The notes beneath the pieces are model-generated. The model did no database searches, was not told the origin of the DNA, and saw only the letters and a list, made by a program, of their open reading frames with translations. Source: Raja brachyura (Eukaryota). From it: 64,000 bases of DNA. The translations under genes and the position numbers were made by a program. Below are positions 38,090-51,820 of the stretch, in pieces. Numbering within the stretch: the stretch's first letter is position 1; each line of letters opens with the position of its first letter. Location of the stretch: positions 24,862,001 to 24,926,000 of the forward strand of contig OY740797.1 in the NCBI GenBank assembly GCA_963514005.1, written 5' to 3'.

Positions 38090-39490
38090 TTAATGGTGTT
38101 AAATGGACTGATTTCACGTTTATTGTCATTTGCACGTATGGCTAGGTACAAGTACAATGACAACCTTGCTCGCAGCACCATCACAGGCAACAAGAATCAT
38201 GCAGCATACTACAACATGACATACATAATTATACTTAACTTATACGTAACTTATGCGGGACAATGGAAAGAATAAAGAAACGTGGCAGAAAACAAGTAAT
38301 TAATGCAAAACCCACTTTTAAAAAAAGCAAATTCATAGTTGTGCCATCATGTATTATTGTTGAGGTAGAATTAGGAGTAAGCAGGCTAACTAGGATTAAG
38401 AACCTTATGGTTGTACGTAAGTGCCTGTTCCTGAACCTGGCGGCGTGGGATTTTAGGCCTCTGTGCTTCCTGAAGGATGGTAGAGGTGGGGGACGGCATG
38501 ACCCAGATGGTTGGGAGCCTAGACGATAGATGCCACCATCTTGAGGAAATGCCAAATGTTGATGCCTTAAATGACAATAGACAATAGGTGCAGGAGCAGG
38601 CTATTAGGCCATTCGAGCCAGTACCGCCGTTCAATGTGATCATGGTTGATCATCCCCAATCAGTACCCCGTTCCTGCCCTTCTCACCATATCCCATAACT
38701 CCACTATCTTTAAGAGCCCTATCTAGCTCTCTCTTGAAAGTATCCAGAGAACTTGCCTCCACTGCGGAGAATACCACAGACTCACAACTCTCTGTATGAA
38801 GATGTGTTTCCTCGCCTCCGTTCGTAATGGCTTACCTTTATTCTTAAACTGTGACCCCTGGTTCTGGACTCCTCCAACATTGGGAACATGTTTCCTGCCT
38901 CTAGTGTGTCCACACCTTTAAAAATGTTATATGGTTCAATGAGATTCCCTCCCATCCTTCTAAACTCCAGAGAATACAAGCCCAGCCGCTTCATTCTCTC
39001 AGCATTTGACAGTCCCGCCATTCCCGGGAATAAACCTTGTAACTTTACGCTGCACTCCCTCAATAGAAAGAATGTCCCTCCTCAAATTAGGGGACCCAAA
39101 CTGCTGCAGTCTTTCACAACCATCTTTACTATCTGCAAAATCACTAACTTTTGTATCATCAGCAAATTTGCTGATCACGCCCTGTATGTTCTCATCCAAA
39201 TGATACGATAACAGCTGGGAAGAAACTGTCACTTGATCTGGACGTATGCGTTTTCATACTTCTGTCCCTCTTGCCTGGTGGGGGAGGGGAGAAGATGGAG
39301 TGTCCGGGTTGAGACCCTGCCTTGATTATGCCGGTGACTTTGCGAGGCAGCGTGAAGTGTAGATGGAGTTAATGGCTGGGAGATGGTTTGCGTGAAGGTT
39401 TGAGCTGGTCCACAATTCTCTGCTATTTTTTGCGGTCTTGGATGGAGCTATTCCCAAACCAGCTGTGATACATCCAGATAAAATGCTTTC
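38090..39490 (-). mobile_element. Rex1/Babar and CR1 3' fragments
   Basis: RFRN..TTIRFL; LGLYSLEFRRM.G.LIE; SKFADDTK. Confidence 0.75.
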
Positions 39491-40141
39491 AGCGGTGCAT
39501 TTGTTCAGTTTTCTTAAGGTATGAGGTACAGACAGGATAGATATTCAGAATCTTTTTCTTAACATTGTGGAGAAATATTTAACTGACGAGCGTATGCTTA
39601 GGATAAATATGTACGCATCATGTGGCCACGACCTTGGACGAGCTAGCAAGGAGTTTGCGGAGGCAGTCACTAATAAAAGCCTTTCACTTGCATTTCCACA
39701 GGCACTTAGATCGGGAAAATGTAGAGAGATAAGGATCTTATACGGTTAGCTAGGATTTGCGGTGAAAGGCCTTTATCCTGCAGAACAGCTCTATGATTGT
39801 ACGATACTATGATCATTAATTGTTTTTCTGTTGATGTTAATAACATTTATCAGAGTAGATCATCATCCATTAAAATCCCCTGCTCCCTGCGCATCGTCTT
39901 GTAAATGATAATGTATCTGAGCGATCTGTGACACAATGTTAATCAGGTTTATGTAGTTTAAATATTGTTGGTTTTCGAGTGAAAGAACGTTTGCTAATTC
40001 CGCAGCTACTTAAAAATCTTGATTCCTGCATACTATGTTTCAATATTCTTCGCTGTTCTTGGATCTTTCAGAGTAGCGTGAGATCAAGAGTTGCATAGGT
40101 CAGTATATTTTCAGACATTTCTTTGACCTTTCGAAAAATAA

Positions 40142-40309
40142 TCAGAAATCATAAGTTGCTGATTCGCCTAAATGGGCCACGTATACGAATTTTCCTTGTA
40201 GCACACTTCTGCTTTGCTTAACCTGGGCATAGGTAGTTTGTTCTTCGTGCCGTCTGTTTTTCTCAGTTTTCTTCTGTCCGCTGAAGTTCAAATCTGCGTA
40301 CGTTGGACT
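40142..40309 (-). CDS. Gene B exon 6, tail with PTYADL (ITIM-like) and TTYAQV (ITSM)
   Basis: Acceptor gctccctcag. Reads SPTYADLNFSGQKKTEKNRRHEEQTTYAQVKQSRSVLQGKFVYVAHLGESATYDF*. Confidence 0.9.
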   Translation of the reverse strand, partial: SPTYADLNFSGQKKTEKNRRHEEQTTYAQVKQSRSVLQGKFVYVAHLGESATYDF

Positions 40310-43300
40310 CTGAGGGAGCATTTATTTGAAAGGAAATAAACTCCTCATTTACAAACAACTGCGAAGACGAGCAAACATAAAATAAGCGGGGGGAATCAGG
40401 GTTTGCTCGGCCAGTCATTCCATTGCTATTTCTGGCTATATCATTATGATCATATTATTAAAAAAGTAAACGAAAGCAACTAGTATCTAATTGGTTTGAG
40501 GTTCCTCAATATTTAGTGAACTATTAGCCAAATCGTGAAACGCATGGGCAGAACACTGACCGGAAGTTTGTTGGATCATGACTTCGAGGAAAATATATAG
40601 TTGATGCGATTTCTGGGCTCAGACATGTTAGCAGATTTTCCATCATATATCAGTACGAGCTGCCCCGCAAAAAAAATGACGTGTGAATTTTTAATTGGAA
40701 CAGGATGGGCCTCGGTTATGATGCATCACGAAGTGAATAATCCGCTCGACACAGACAGAGTAGCCATAAACTGTCTATGATAAATCGAAGGATACGCAAA
40801 TTCACGTCGCTGACGATCATGGACTATATCATAAGAATACGGGAGGATAAGGAAAATTGCAAGCGATGCACATAGAGAGTTCCACGAAAAGTGGATCCAT
40901 CCTGTTGCCCCATCAATGTGATTATAATTACGGACGTCCATTTGCAGAACATGAAACAGCAGGTTTTTGTCCTGTTATACCATCAACAAAATTACCTGTT
41001 TTTCGAAGTGGTGGGTTCTGACCTCAATATCTTCTGGGGCTAGTAGAGAACATAATAAAACGACCATATTTAATCATTAACGTGTCACAACCTGTCTGCC
41101 GATAGTCAGTTAATAATCGAGTTGTGACCAGATTCGTTCGGCTGCAGAAATTGACTATTTCGGTCATTCTATTCTTGTTATTTGTTCAAATCTTCTCCTA
41201 GTTAGTCATAATGCTAAGGAACAGCACACGGAAAAGTTGAAAACCTATGGTTTGCTTCCGCTTTCCTGTGATAACTGCCCCAGTTTAAATAGCCCGACCT
41301 TCGCAGCATTTCACCTAGTGTTTAAAAGCGCCTACTTTTATAACAAACGAAAACAATGCTTTTGCAGCCAACTCCTTAAACCGGTTAAAATGTTGTTTCC
41401 CATAGAATGCTGCGGCCGGAGAAAAGGCCCTGTGGTTTAAATATATCTAACTATCTGTCGTTATCTCAGCACCCCTCGTTGCTCCTTCAACTGAACATTG
41501 ACATTTTCGGGAAAAACACGAAAGGTTGTAGCAATTCAGCGGGTTAGGCAGCATCTACGGGGGGCATCGATGACGAAGTTTGTGACTCAACCCCAAAACC
41601 CCCCTATCCATCATATCCCCAGAAGCTGGCAAACGGCCGAGTTACTCAAGCACTTTGCGTTTTGCATCTGCAGTTCCTTGTGTCGCTATATTTCGGACAA
41701 GAATCAACTCATTTCTTACCTTCAGTGCTGTGTAATTTGCACCGCCTGGCAAAAAATGCCAGCGCTGGAATAATTAGCACGCATATGGCAAATCCACCCG
41801 CCAGAAAGCAGAAGAGTTTAACGCTAGTTCCTAAAGGGAAAATAAAAGCTGAACATTAGAATATTTCAGAGGTTATCTTCCTTGAATACTCAGATTACAT
41901 GAACCAGGGAATTACAGAATGGATTCCACATTTTCACTTTGCTACGCTGTATTCCATCTGCCACTTATTTACCCACTCTCTCAAACTGTCCAAGGCCTGC
42001 AGCAAACTCCTCGCTTCCTCAACACTATCTGCCCCTGAGCCCACCTTAGTGTCATCTGAAAACCTGGCGAAAAAGCCATCAATTTCATCATCCAGATAAT
42101 TAACATGTAATGTAAAATGACACAACACCGACCCATGCAGAACACCACTAGTCAACCGCAACAAACCACAAAGGGCACCTTTATTGACACTGTTTGTCTT
42201 CTGCCAGCCAGCAAATCTTCAATCCGTGCTAATCCCTTGCCTCTAATGCCGTGCGCATCTATTTTATTAACGGCCTCACGTGGCACCTTATCAATGCCTA
42301 TTCCAATTCTAAACGACGCTTATTGATACTCTCTCGTAATCCCGCTTATTATCTCCTCAAAAAACCTAAAAGAATTGACAGGCAAGAATTAACAAAACCA
42401 TGCTGACATTTGCTTATTTTATCATGTGCATCCAAGTACCCGAAATGTCATCATTAATACGGATTCTAAAATTTAAAATGTTCGATCAGTAGCCTTTAAA
42501 GAGGACTGGACTTACTCTATATATACATATTCTGCCTGATACAATATACACGTAAGTCACGTTATACCACCCCGATAAAGTGACACTCTGGATCCACTCC
42601 TGGCACATCTTCGCAGTTAGTAAATCTGCTGTTTCACATCTGCAAAGACCCTGGAACAATTCTGACCTCCAGTGTTCTGTGGAGTTTTTATATTCCCACG
42701 ATGACCACGTTATTTCCGTAGGGTACTCTAATATCTACCCAAATCTCAACGACTTGCAGGATTGTTGGTTAATTGGCCATTATACATAGTCATTAAGTTT
42801 GAAGAGGGGTCTCGACCCGAAACGTCACCCATTCCTTCTCTCCAATGACGCTACCTATCCCGTTGAGAGACTGCAGTATTTTGTGTCTATCTCCGTCAGT
42901 AATGTGATTGTCATTTTGTGGGAAGTTGATAGGACTGTGCAGGGAATGAAATTGGGCGACAGGAGGTTTTGAACAATTAGGGACCAGCTGATCCCAAGCA
43001 CCTGTTTTTCTTAGTTTAACTACATAAAACATGTACACCCGAACCGTTGGTGTTGGGCCTGGAGAAAAGCATGCAGTCTCCGTCGCTGCGATTGAACAAT
43101 TTATCTGTCTGCTGCTCTTAAATCTCGTCCCAACACCCACCTGGAACAAGAAGAACTTGCTCCTTGTCCATTAGGTCAAGGTCATAAGGAATAGGAGTAG
43201 AATTAAGCGATTCGGTCCATCAAGTATACTCCACAATTCAATCATGGCTGAACTATCTCTCCCTCCTAACCCCACTCTTCTGTCTTCTCCCCATAACCTC

Positions 43301-46300
43301 TGACACCTGTACTAATCACGAATCTATCTATCTCTGCCTATAAAATATCCACTGACGGCCTCCACAGCCTTCAGTAGCAAATTATTCCACAGATTCACCG
43401 ATAATCTGTAGGTAATCTTAAGTAATTTAAAATGCTGCAGAATTAGTAATGTTCGAAAAAAATCCCATTATTTCAATTAGAAACCTGAAACTCTCAGACC
43501 AATAAAACACTGAGTGCCAGTTAGCAAGTCCAAGGCAGAGAAAACTTCAGAAGGCCTGTGGTTCCTTGAGAAGGACAATCGCCAACTTTGACTCAACAGC
43601 GACACATCTAGTTGAGCTGCTGTTTCACAGAACCAGAGATACAAGTTCAATTCTAAATTGGGTCCTGTCTATGTGGAGTTTGCACTCTCTCATAGAATCA
43701 TAGAAAATAGGTGCAATCAGTATCCAGTTTCTGCCTTCTCCCCATATCCCCTGACTCCTCTATTTTTAAGAGCCCTATCTAGCTCCTCTTGAAAGCTTGT
43801 TGGAGTTATGTGTGCTGTTCTGGTCATCCTGCTATACGTAGCATGTCATTAAGTTAGAAAAGGTGCAGAAATGATTCACGAGGTAATACCTGGAACTCAT
43901 GGCTGGAGTTATGCGGTGATGCCGAGTAGGTTGTGACCTTTTCCCATGAGGCATACGAGGTTTACCTAATTCAAGTATATACAATTATGGTGGTCGTAGA
44001 GAAAGTGAATGCTTACAATCGTTTTCCCCAGGGTAATGGATTTTGAACATGGAAGATTAAGAGGGGCCCAAGGGGTAATTTCTTTCCGAGGAAGCGACAG
44101 AAGCGTATACAATTGTGATTTTCAAAGGATATTTGAATAGGGGAAATGGGTCAAACGCGGGCAGACGAGTCTAGTTCAGAATGCCAACTTGCTTGACGTC
44201 GACAGGGCGGGTCGAAGGGTCTTGCCTCCATGCTGTATAGCTCTATATAATCAGAGATAAACATCGAGTTCAATCATTCACTATTAAAAAAACATACAAA
44301 CACAGCTGTCATCTTTGCACGATGTCTCTTACTAACCAGCATCTAATTTCCTAGACTAGTCATACCGTTTCATTTCAACAAAGACACGCTCACTATCTTC
44401 ATTCAAACTCTTAAAACGGTCTGGCGTATGTTTTGGGTGGGAATTCATGAAATGCCTTGACATGAAACAGACATTATTGACGGTATTATCCTCGTACCCA
44501 TTTCAAGAATTCTGTGAGTTTCAACAGTCGGAAACGGGAGGGTGACGTGAGACACGTTGCAACTATAAACCGATCGGCTATCCACTACTTGCAGGAAGCT
44601 GGAAACAAGGTATAATCCCTCGTCGTTCCGTATTTTACTGGTACTTATTCCAGAAGTGATTTCGTGGCCATCTTTATACCAGGTAAGTTCACAGTCCTTC
44701 GGGAAAAACGGAGCAGTTGTACAGTTTAAGGCCAGGGAAGGAATGTTCATCTGTTTTATCTTCAAAGGCGTAGGTGACACTGCAAATAATTTAAGATAAA
44801 GGAGTTAGCACCCCTATATGTTTATTTAGAAGACAATATAATGGCTTTCGACATGGATAATACCATAACATCTTGAGCGTTCCTTTAATAGTAAAATATT
44901 TAACTATGTTGTTGGGAAATCGTGTACGGACGTGGCTTCTAAGGATGAGAAGCCGAAGCAAAGAAGTGGATGCCAAATAACCGAACGAAATCTATCCCAA
45001 AACGCCAAATAACTATAGCGTAGGAAGCCGAAAGGCCAACTAACCGAATGGTCTAAATGCAAAGTAACCGAAAGGGCGGGACGCCTAAAAGCCAACTAAC
45101 CGAAAAGTTGCGTCGCCTTCAAGCCAACTATCCAAATGGCCGCTCAACCGAAAAGTCAAATAACGGACATGACGTCACAGGGGGCGGGATTTGTCAGCGA
45201 TTAGTCCAGATCCCTGCGTCCATCACGTCTGACTACACTTATGCAGAGCGGCTATGGAAGTTGAGAAAACTGGCACTGAGAGCGGTCCATGTGAAGGAAC
45301 AGCACCTACCAACACTGAAAGCACTATAAAACCAGCTGCCACATGCCCTTCCCATGGGACGGGGTTTTAACTCGGCATTAAAAGTCATAAAAGCGTTACA
45401 TTGATTTAAAAACAAAAATGTAACATGTATAAATAGTTCTTACATTTGGGAACCTGGTTAATTAAGTGGTGGGTTTATTTCCCTGTCCTAACTATGCTTT
45501 GATTTAGCCGGTGGTCACATCCATTCCATCCCTCCCTTGCAATTCAATCGATGCAAGCGCATGTAAAGCCGATGAAATGAGATGAGAAATGAGAAATACA
45601 TGAAGCCGATGAAATGAGACAACTGTCACACCAAAGATAGACACAAAATGCTAGAGTGTCTCAGTGGGACGGACAGCATCTCTGGAGAGAAGGAATGGGT
45701 GGTGTTTCGGATCGAGACCCTTCAGACACAGTCTTCAGGTCTGAAGAATGGTTTCGACCCGAAACGTCACGCATTCCTTCTCTCCGGAGATGCTGCCTGT
45801 TCCGCTGAGTTACTCCATCTTTTTGTGTCCATCTTTGGTTAAAGCAGTTTACAGATAAGCTGGTGTTTTGTGCGTGGGACCTTGTGTGCGTTACGCAGGG
45901 AACCGGGACGGTAATAAGTAAAACATGCTTCTTGTTGTCAAGTGGGGGGGGGGGGGGGGTGGGGGGGGGGGGGAGTGGGAGGAGAAAAATTGTTCGTTGT
46001 CATGCACACTTGTCATCGGCCCGCCAGGAATTTGTGTTTGTCCCCCATGTTTTAAAAGGGATTCACTATGGCTGCCAATGCCCCGAGCCAAGTGTCCCCG
46101 CGGCCGGGGTGGGGGTGAATCACCCGGTGTGAGTGTCATGGGTAATTCACCCTGTGAGTGGGTCGGGGTCCGGGGGTCGGGAGGGGGGGGGGGGAAATCA
46201 CCCTGGTGTGGGGGTTGGGGTCCGATGGCGGTGCATCATGGTCAGTGACTCTGAGAGGGAGCAGCCTGTCCCACACCTCTGCTCCACCCAACGCTGCCGG

Positions 46301-49300
46301 CACACAACCCGTCGCAGTGAGGCCGCACTGGGGAGACGAGGCGCAGGGTGGCCGTGCCCGCGGGAGTGTGGGGGGCTGTTCCAAGGGATGCGCTCCTTCG
46401 GCCGCTTACAACTTGGTGCTCGGATTCAAAGTGCCCAGTCAGCTATGGCTTGTGTGGGAAAATGACCCCCACCCTCCCGTCTCCACCGGCCAGTGATGTG
46501 ATGGACACGGGGGTCTGGACCAATCGCTGATAAGTCCCGCCCCCCTCGGCGACGTCATGTCCGTTATTTGACTTTTCGGTTGAGCGCCATTCGGTCAGTT
46601 GGCGTTTCGGCTTTGCACGCTTTCAGTTATTTAGCGTTTCGGCCTGGTTTCCGTTCGGTTATTTGGCTTCCATTTCTTTGCTTCGGCTGCTCGTCCTTCA
46701 ACGCCACCGGGTACCATGACAAATACTATCGAACTTGTAATAAGGATCAATTAAAAGCAAATCACACCCGATGTCTCAAGTAAACCAAATAATTTAATGT
46801 GCCGCAATCAAGAGATAGTAGGCCTTACAGCAATGCTGTTCCCAATGCAAGTGAATATGATTATTAAGGAGTTATTTCAAATTCAACAATGACATGCCAA
46901 ATCTTACTTTTAAAGAATAAACAAGAAGATCTAATACAGAATGCAGAAGAAATTATTTTTATGGGAAAAAAGAAGATTCACGGGATGAGGATATGGAAAG
47001 ATGGTATGTTTCATCTACTGTGTTCACGGCGAATAGGATACATGGGTGGCGAGCATGCGGGGGGGGGGGGCAGTTAATTTAGAATGTGGTTATTTGGGTC
47101 AACACATCGCTTGTGTCTTATAATGGAATACATCTAGAGACGTCGAGAATTGATTAAAATAAAACATCTAATTAAGAGTGCGTATCAATTAAAAGATAAC
47201 GTGAAAAGACCTCTATGAAGACTGGAGGATGGCTAATAGTGTGGCTATATTTGAGAAGGGCTGCAAGGAAAAGCCTGGGTACTGTAAACCAGTCTGTGGT
47301 AGGAAGGCCACTCGAAAGGATTCAGAGGGATAACATATGTAAGCATTTGATTAGAAAGGAGCTGATCGAGGATTGTCGTCATGGTTGTATATGTGAAACA
47401 ACGTGTGTTACGAATCCGATTTATTTTAAAGCAACCAAAAAGGATGATTTGGGCAAAGTAGTAGACGTTGTCTGGATGGATCAGAAACGACTTTGACACG
47501 GTTCCACGTGTTACTTGCTCTGGAACAATAGATCCCATGTAGTCCAAGGAGAGCTCGCCACTGGGTAGTGAAATGGTTCCATGTAAGGAAACAAAGGGTG
47601 ATGGTGGAATGTTGTATTTTGCGGACTGAATTCATGGGAAGACAAGAGGGGAACACTTACCAAGAACCTAAGGGGCATCCTCTTCATGCAGATGCTGGTG
47701 GGTATATGGAATGAGGTGCCAGATGATGTCGCTAGGACAGGTGCTTTTACCAGACATTTGGATGGATACAAGGGGGGGGGGGAGGTTTTGAGGGATATGG
47801 GCCAATTACGGTGGGATATCTTGGTCAGCATTGGAAAGTTGGGCTGAAATGTCTGTTTTCGTGCTCTATGACTCTATATTCAATCATAGCGTTTATTTTT
47901 GCAAAACGTGTTGTGGAAGAACATGTTAATATCCTTTCTTACTTAATTTTGATTGGAATTGAACAAGGTAATGAAAGGGTGTTTGGATGTGACAACTGGC
48001 ATCTCTCGTTCACCAGCTGTAGAAGAGGTTCGTGGGAATCGGCAAAGTAAGATTGGACGTAGTATCTCTTGTCTAGGGATGTGTTGGACGGTGCATGGTA
48101 AATGTAAACATGAAATAGTAGGCGCAGATCAGGACCTTGTTTCTCTTAGCAGTGTGTTACGGTAGGCCACCCTCGCCCCCTACTGCTAATAGCGTAGACA
48201 CGTTGCAGTAAATGGGAAGCTTATGATTGGCTGGGAGAAGGGATGGTGGCGCGGTCTGCCTAAAAGGTGAGATAGAATAATATCAAGATGCCCTTGTATT
48301 GTCTTTGACTTGTATTAACCATCTGTTGTTGAACAAGATTGTCACGAACAAAAGGTATGTTATGACTAATGACATAAATGGTACCTATGTAGTAGATAGT
48401 ATATTTTCATGTAGTTGTATCTAACAAAAAACAAAAGTTGTTTACTGCACAGTATAACTGTCAGCTAATTCTGTTGTGAAGTAAGAGAACTGGTGAGCAG
48501 TTAACAGCCGCCATCGCTCCATTATATCTCTTGAAGAAAATCTGCAAAGTTTCCGCTTTTCATTTTCCTTTAATTTCCCACTAAATACATTTCTTGCACA
48601 CGTGTCAACCCAATGCCAAATATATTCAGGAACATATATCAAATTATGACCAATAATCAACAGGTCAAGAATGGATCAAGGGTAATAGACAATAATAGGT
48701 CGAGTTCTGAACTAGGAATTATGTCATCTAGAAATTGGCTGATTAAGTAAATCATAACCTTTCAGATCGATTAGAGGAGGATTATCTACCCGTGGACTAA
48801 CGGTGGACAATTGATAAATTAAGACATTACATCTCACATTAGCTTATGTAAAAAGATAAGGATAATTATAGCTCCTACACTATCATGCCAACCAACGGAC
48901 TTGCTTCCCTCCAATGATGTAATAACTGGGTGAAGTGAAGACGCCCTCTTATTATCAAAATGTACAAACTCCATACAGCCAAGCTCCTGTAGCTAGGATC
49001 GAACACGGGCCTCTGGCGCTGTAAGCGCTGTAAGGCTGCAACTCTACCGCTGCAACACCGTGCAGAGGCACAAACATTGGATTGCTATTATGTGGTACAG
49101 ATATAATACAATAGCACGAAAATACTGCTCCATATGTAGCCTTGCATGACTCAACAGGTGAAGTAATACGGAACCTGTGGAAAATGACACCCAAAGGAAT
49201 CTGTAATTTGTTCCCACAAACTGAACGTACAAGGAGGATCCAGAAAAATGAAACTTAGAATTACTTCTTGGCCACAGCAAGCGTGGGATGAGAGAGAGGG

Positions 49301-51782
49301 AGTAGGATGATTTTTGTAGAAGAAGCATGAGTGGTGTATTGGCTGTAATCCAATTGGTGTTTGACATCAGCTTGCCACATCTAGGGGGTGGGAGATTGCA
49401 ACCTTCACGTGGTGCGCCCTGTTTCGACGAATGCAATCAACCTGGCGTGCATAATCAAATAATATCAAATAGAACAAGTTGTCCTACAACTTTAGGCTGC
49501 ATCTAAAAGGGAAAATAACACAGAGGAAAGACCGAATCACTGGAGATAATCCATAATGTTCTAACAGCATGTGCACAAAAGGCCAGATTGGAACTGAACA
49601 ATGCCGTGAAGCAGTCACATTGCTCACACATCCTCCTCGATAACTATCAGCACAGTGGCACCTCAAGGCTGTGTGCTCATATTATACCCATGGATGTGTA
49701 CCCGGAACAGTTCCAACTCAACCTTTAAATTGCAGACTACACCACCATTGTTGAACTAATTACAGGTAATGATGTGTCAGAGTGGAGGTGGGTGATCCAT
49801 CATCTGATCAAATTGTGCTGGAACAACAATCTGGCTCTCAATGTCAGTAAGATTGCAGATTGTTGACTTTAGAAGAGGAAGGGCCAGGATTCATCAACCT
49901 GTCTTCATCGATGGGTCAGTGATGGAGAGAGTCAAAAACCTCAAATTCATTGGCATGCATATTTCTGAAGATCTGTCCTGAACTCCGCACATCCATACAT
50001 TCATATGAAAGCCCTCCAAAGCTTCTAATTCCTAAGAAGATTGAGGTGATTCGATATGTTGTCATTGAGCCATAGAGTCATACAGCATGGCTAACATCGG
50101 CTAACATGTCCAAGTTACACTAGTCCCACCTGGCCCATATCCCTCCACACCTGTCCTATCCATGTATCTGTCTAAATATTTCTTAAACTTTGGGATAGCC
50201 CCTGCCTTAACTACCTCCTCTGGCAGTTTGTTCCATTCCCATCACCCTTTGCTGAAAAGGGTACCCCTCAGTTTCCTATTAAATATCTTCCCCCTCACAT
50301 TAAACATATGCCATTTTGTCCTCGATTCACCTACTGTGGCCAAGAGGCTCTGTGCATCTACCGGAACTATTCCTCTCATGAATTTATAAACCTCCATATG
50401 ATCACATCTCATCATCCTGCGCGTCAACGAATAGCGATCCAGTACTCCACCTCACCCTACAGCTCAGACCCACTAATCATCTCGAAATCCTTGTAAGTCT
50501 TCTCTGCATCCTTTGCTGCTTGGCAACATCTTTAATCGAAAGCACTCTTAATCCTTTACAGTATATGGTAGAGAGCGTATTAACAGGTTACATCACGCCC
50601 TGGTTCGATAACTCGAACACCCAGGAAAGGAATTACAATAAGTGGTGGACACTGCCCAGTCCATCAGGTGTTCTGAACCTTCCAACCATCGAAGAGATCT
50701 ATAGGAGAAGCTTCCCCAAAAAGGCAGCCAGCATCATCAAGTCCCAACAGAACCTTGCCACACTGCAATTGCACTCAAGCCGTTGAGAAGAAGGTATAGG
50801 CATTTGAAAACCCTGACCTCCCTGCTCAGAAACATGTTTTTCCCAACAACCATCAGGCTATTAGACACTACAAACACCAACTAAACATCGAATACAAACC
50901 ATCTTTGTTGTACTCCGAACTTTGGAGCATTTGTTTTTGTTTTGCACTAACATAGTTTTCTATTGACCTTCTGTTGGTTTGTTTGTGGAGTACTGTGCTA
51001 GAGACCCGTTGTGCTGCTGCAACTGAGAACCTCATTGTTCAGATTGTGCACAAATGGCAATTGATCACTCTTAACTGTTTGGGATAGATTCCAACACTTA
51101 GATATCTGCAGCAAAAATATGTAACCCATGTGAATCATAACAGACAAAAAAGTTGAAGCAAACATTCAACCATTCACCGAGTGATAATCGGGTCCCTCCG
51201 ACGCTGCAAGCGCTGAGGCAGCAACTCTACCGCTGCGCCACCGTGCCCGGTTTTCTTGGGGAGAGGGGAGTGTTGGGGGGGGGGGAGGGGAGTGTGTGTG
51301 GAGGGGGGGGGTGTGGGGGGTGTGCGGAGGGGGGAGGGGAGGGGGAGAGGGATAGGGGAGTGATTTAATAGATTGAAAGTTTAGCAACAGCCATGACTCA
51401 ACACGAAATTGGACACAATCTATCAAGGCAAAGAAGGAGCACCATCATGCTCCCGTCCACGCAACAAAAGCATTTTTTCTACATCGGTGGGTAAATCTTT
51501 AATCTCCATCCCAAACTGATCTATGCAAGTGCTCTCACCAGAGAATCTCCGGGGATCGTTCACTTCCATCGGATCGCGCCATCATAGTGGCAGCCTCGCC
51601 AGCAGCTGTTAGCCCTTTCACCTTTTAGTTATTTTTACTGTGTCTAAAAGTATGTTCGAAAGGTATCCTATTCTTGTTTTTTTTTTGCTGGTGTGTGGTG
51701 TGGGGCAATAGGGGGAAAGGGAAACCGTTTCTCAGTCACTTACCTGGATGGAGATACGTCCTCTCTCTGTGTCGCATCTTCA

Positions 51783-51820
<38 letters not shown>

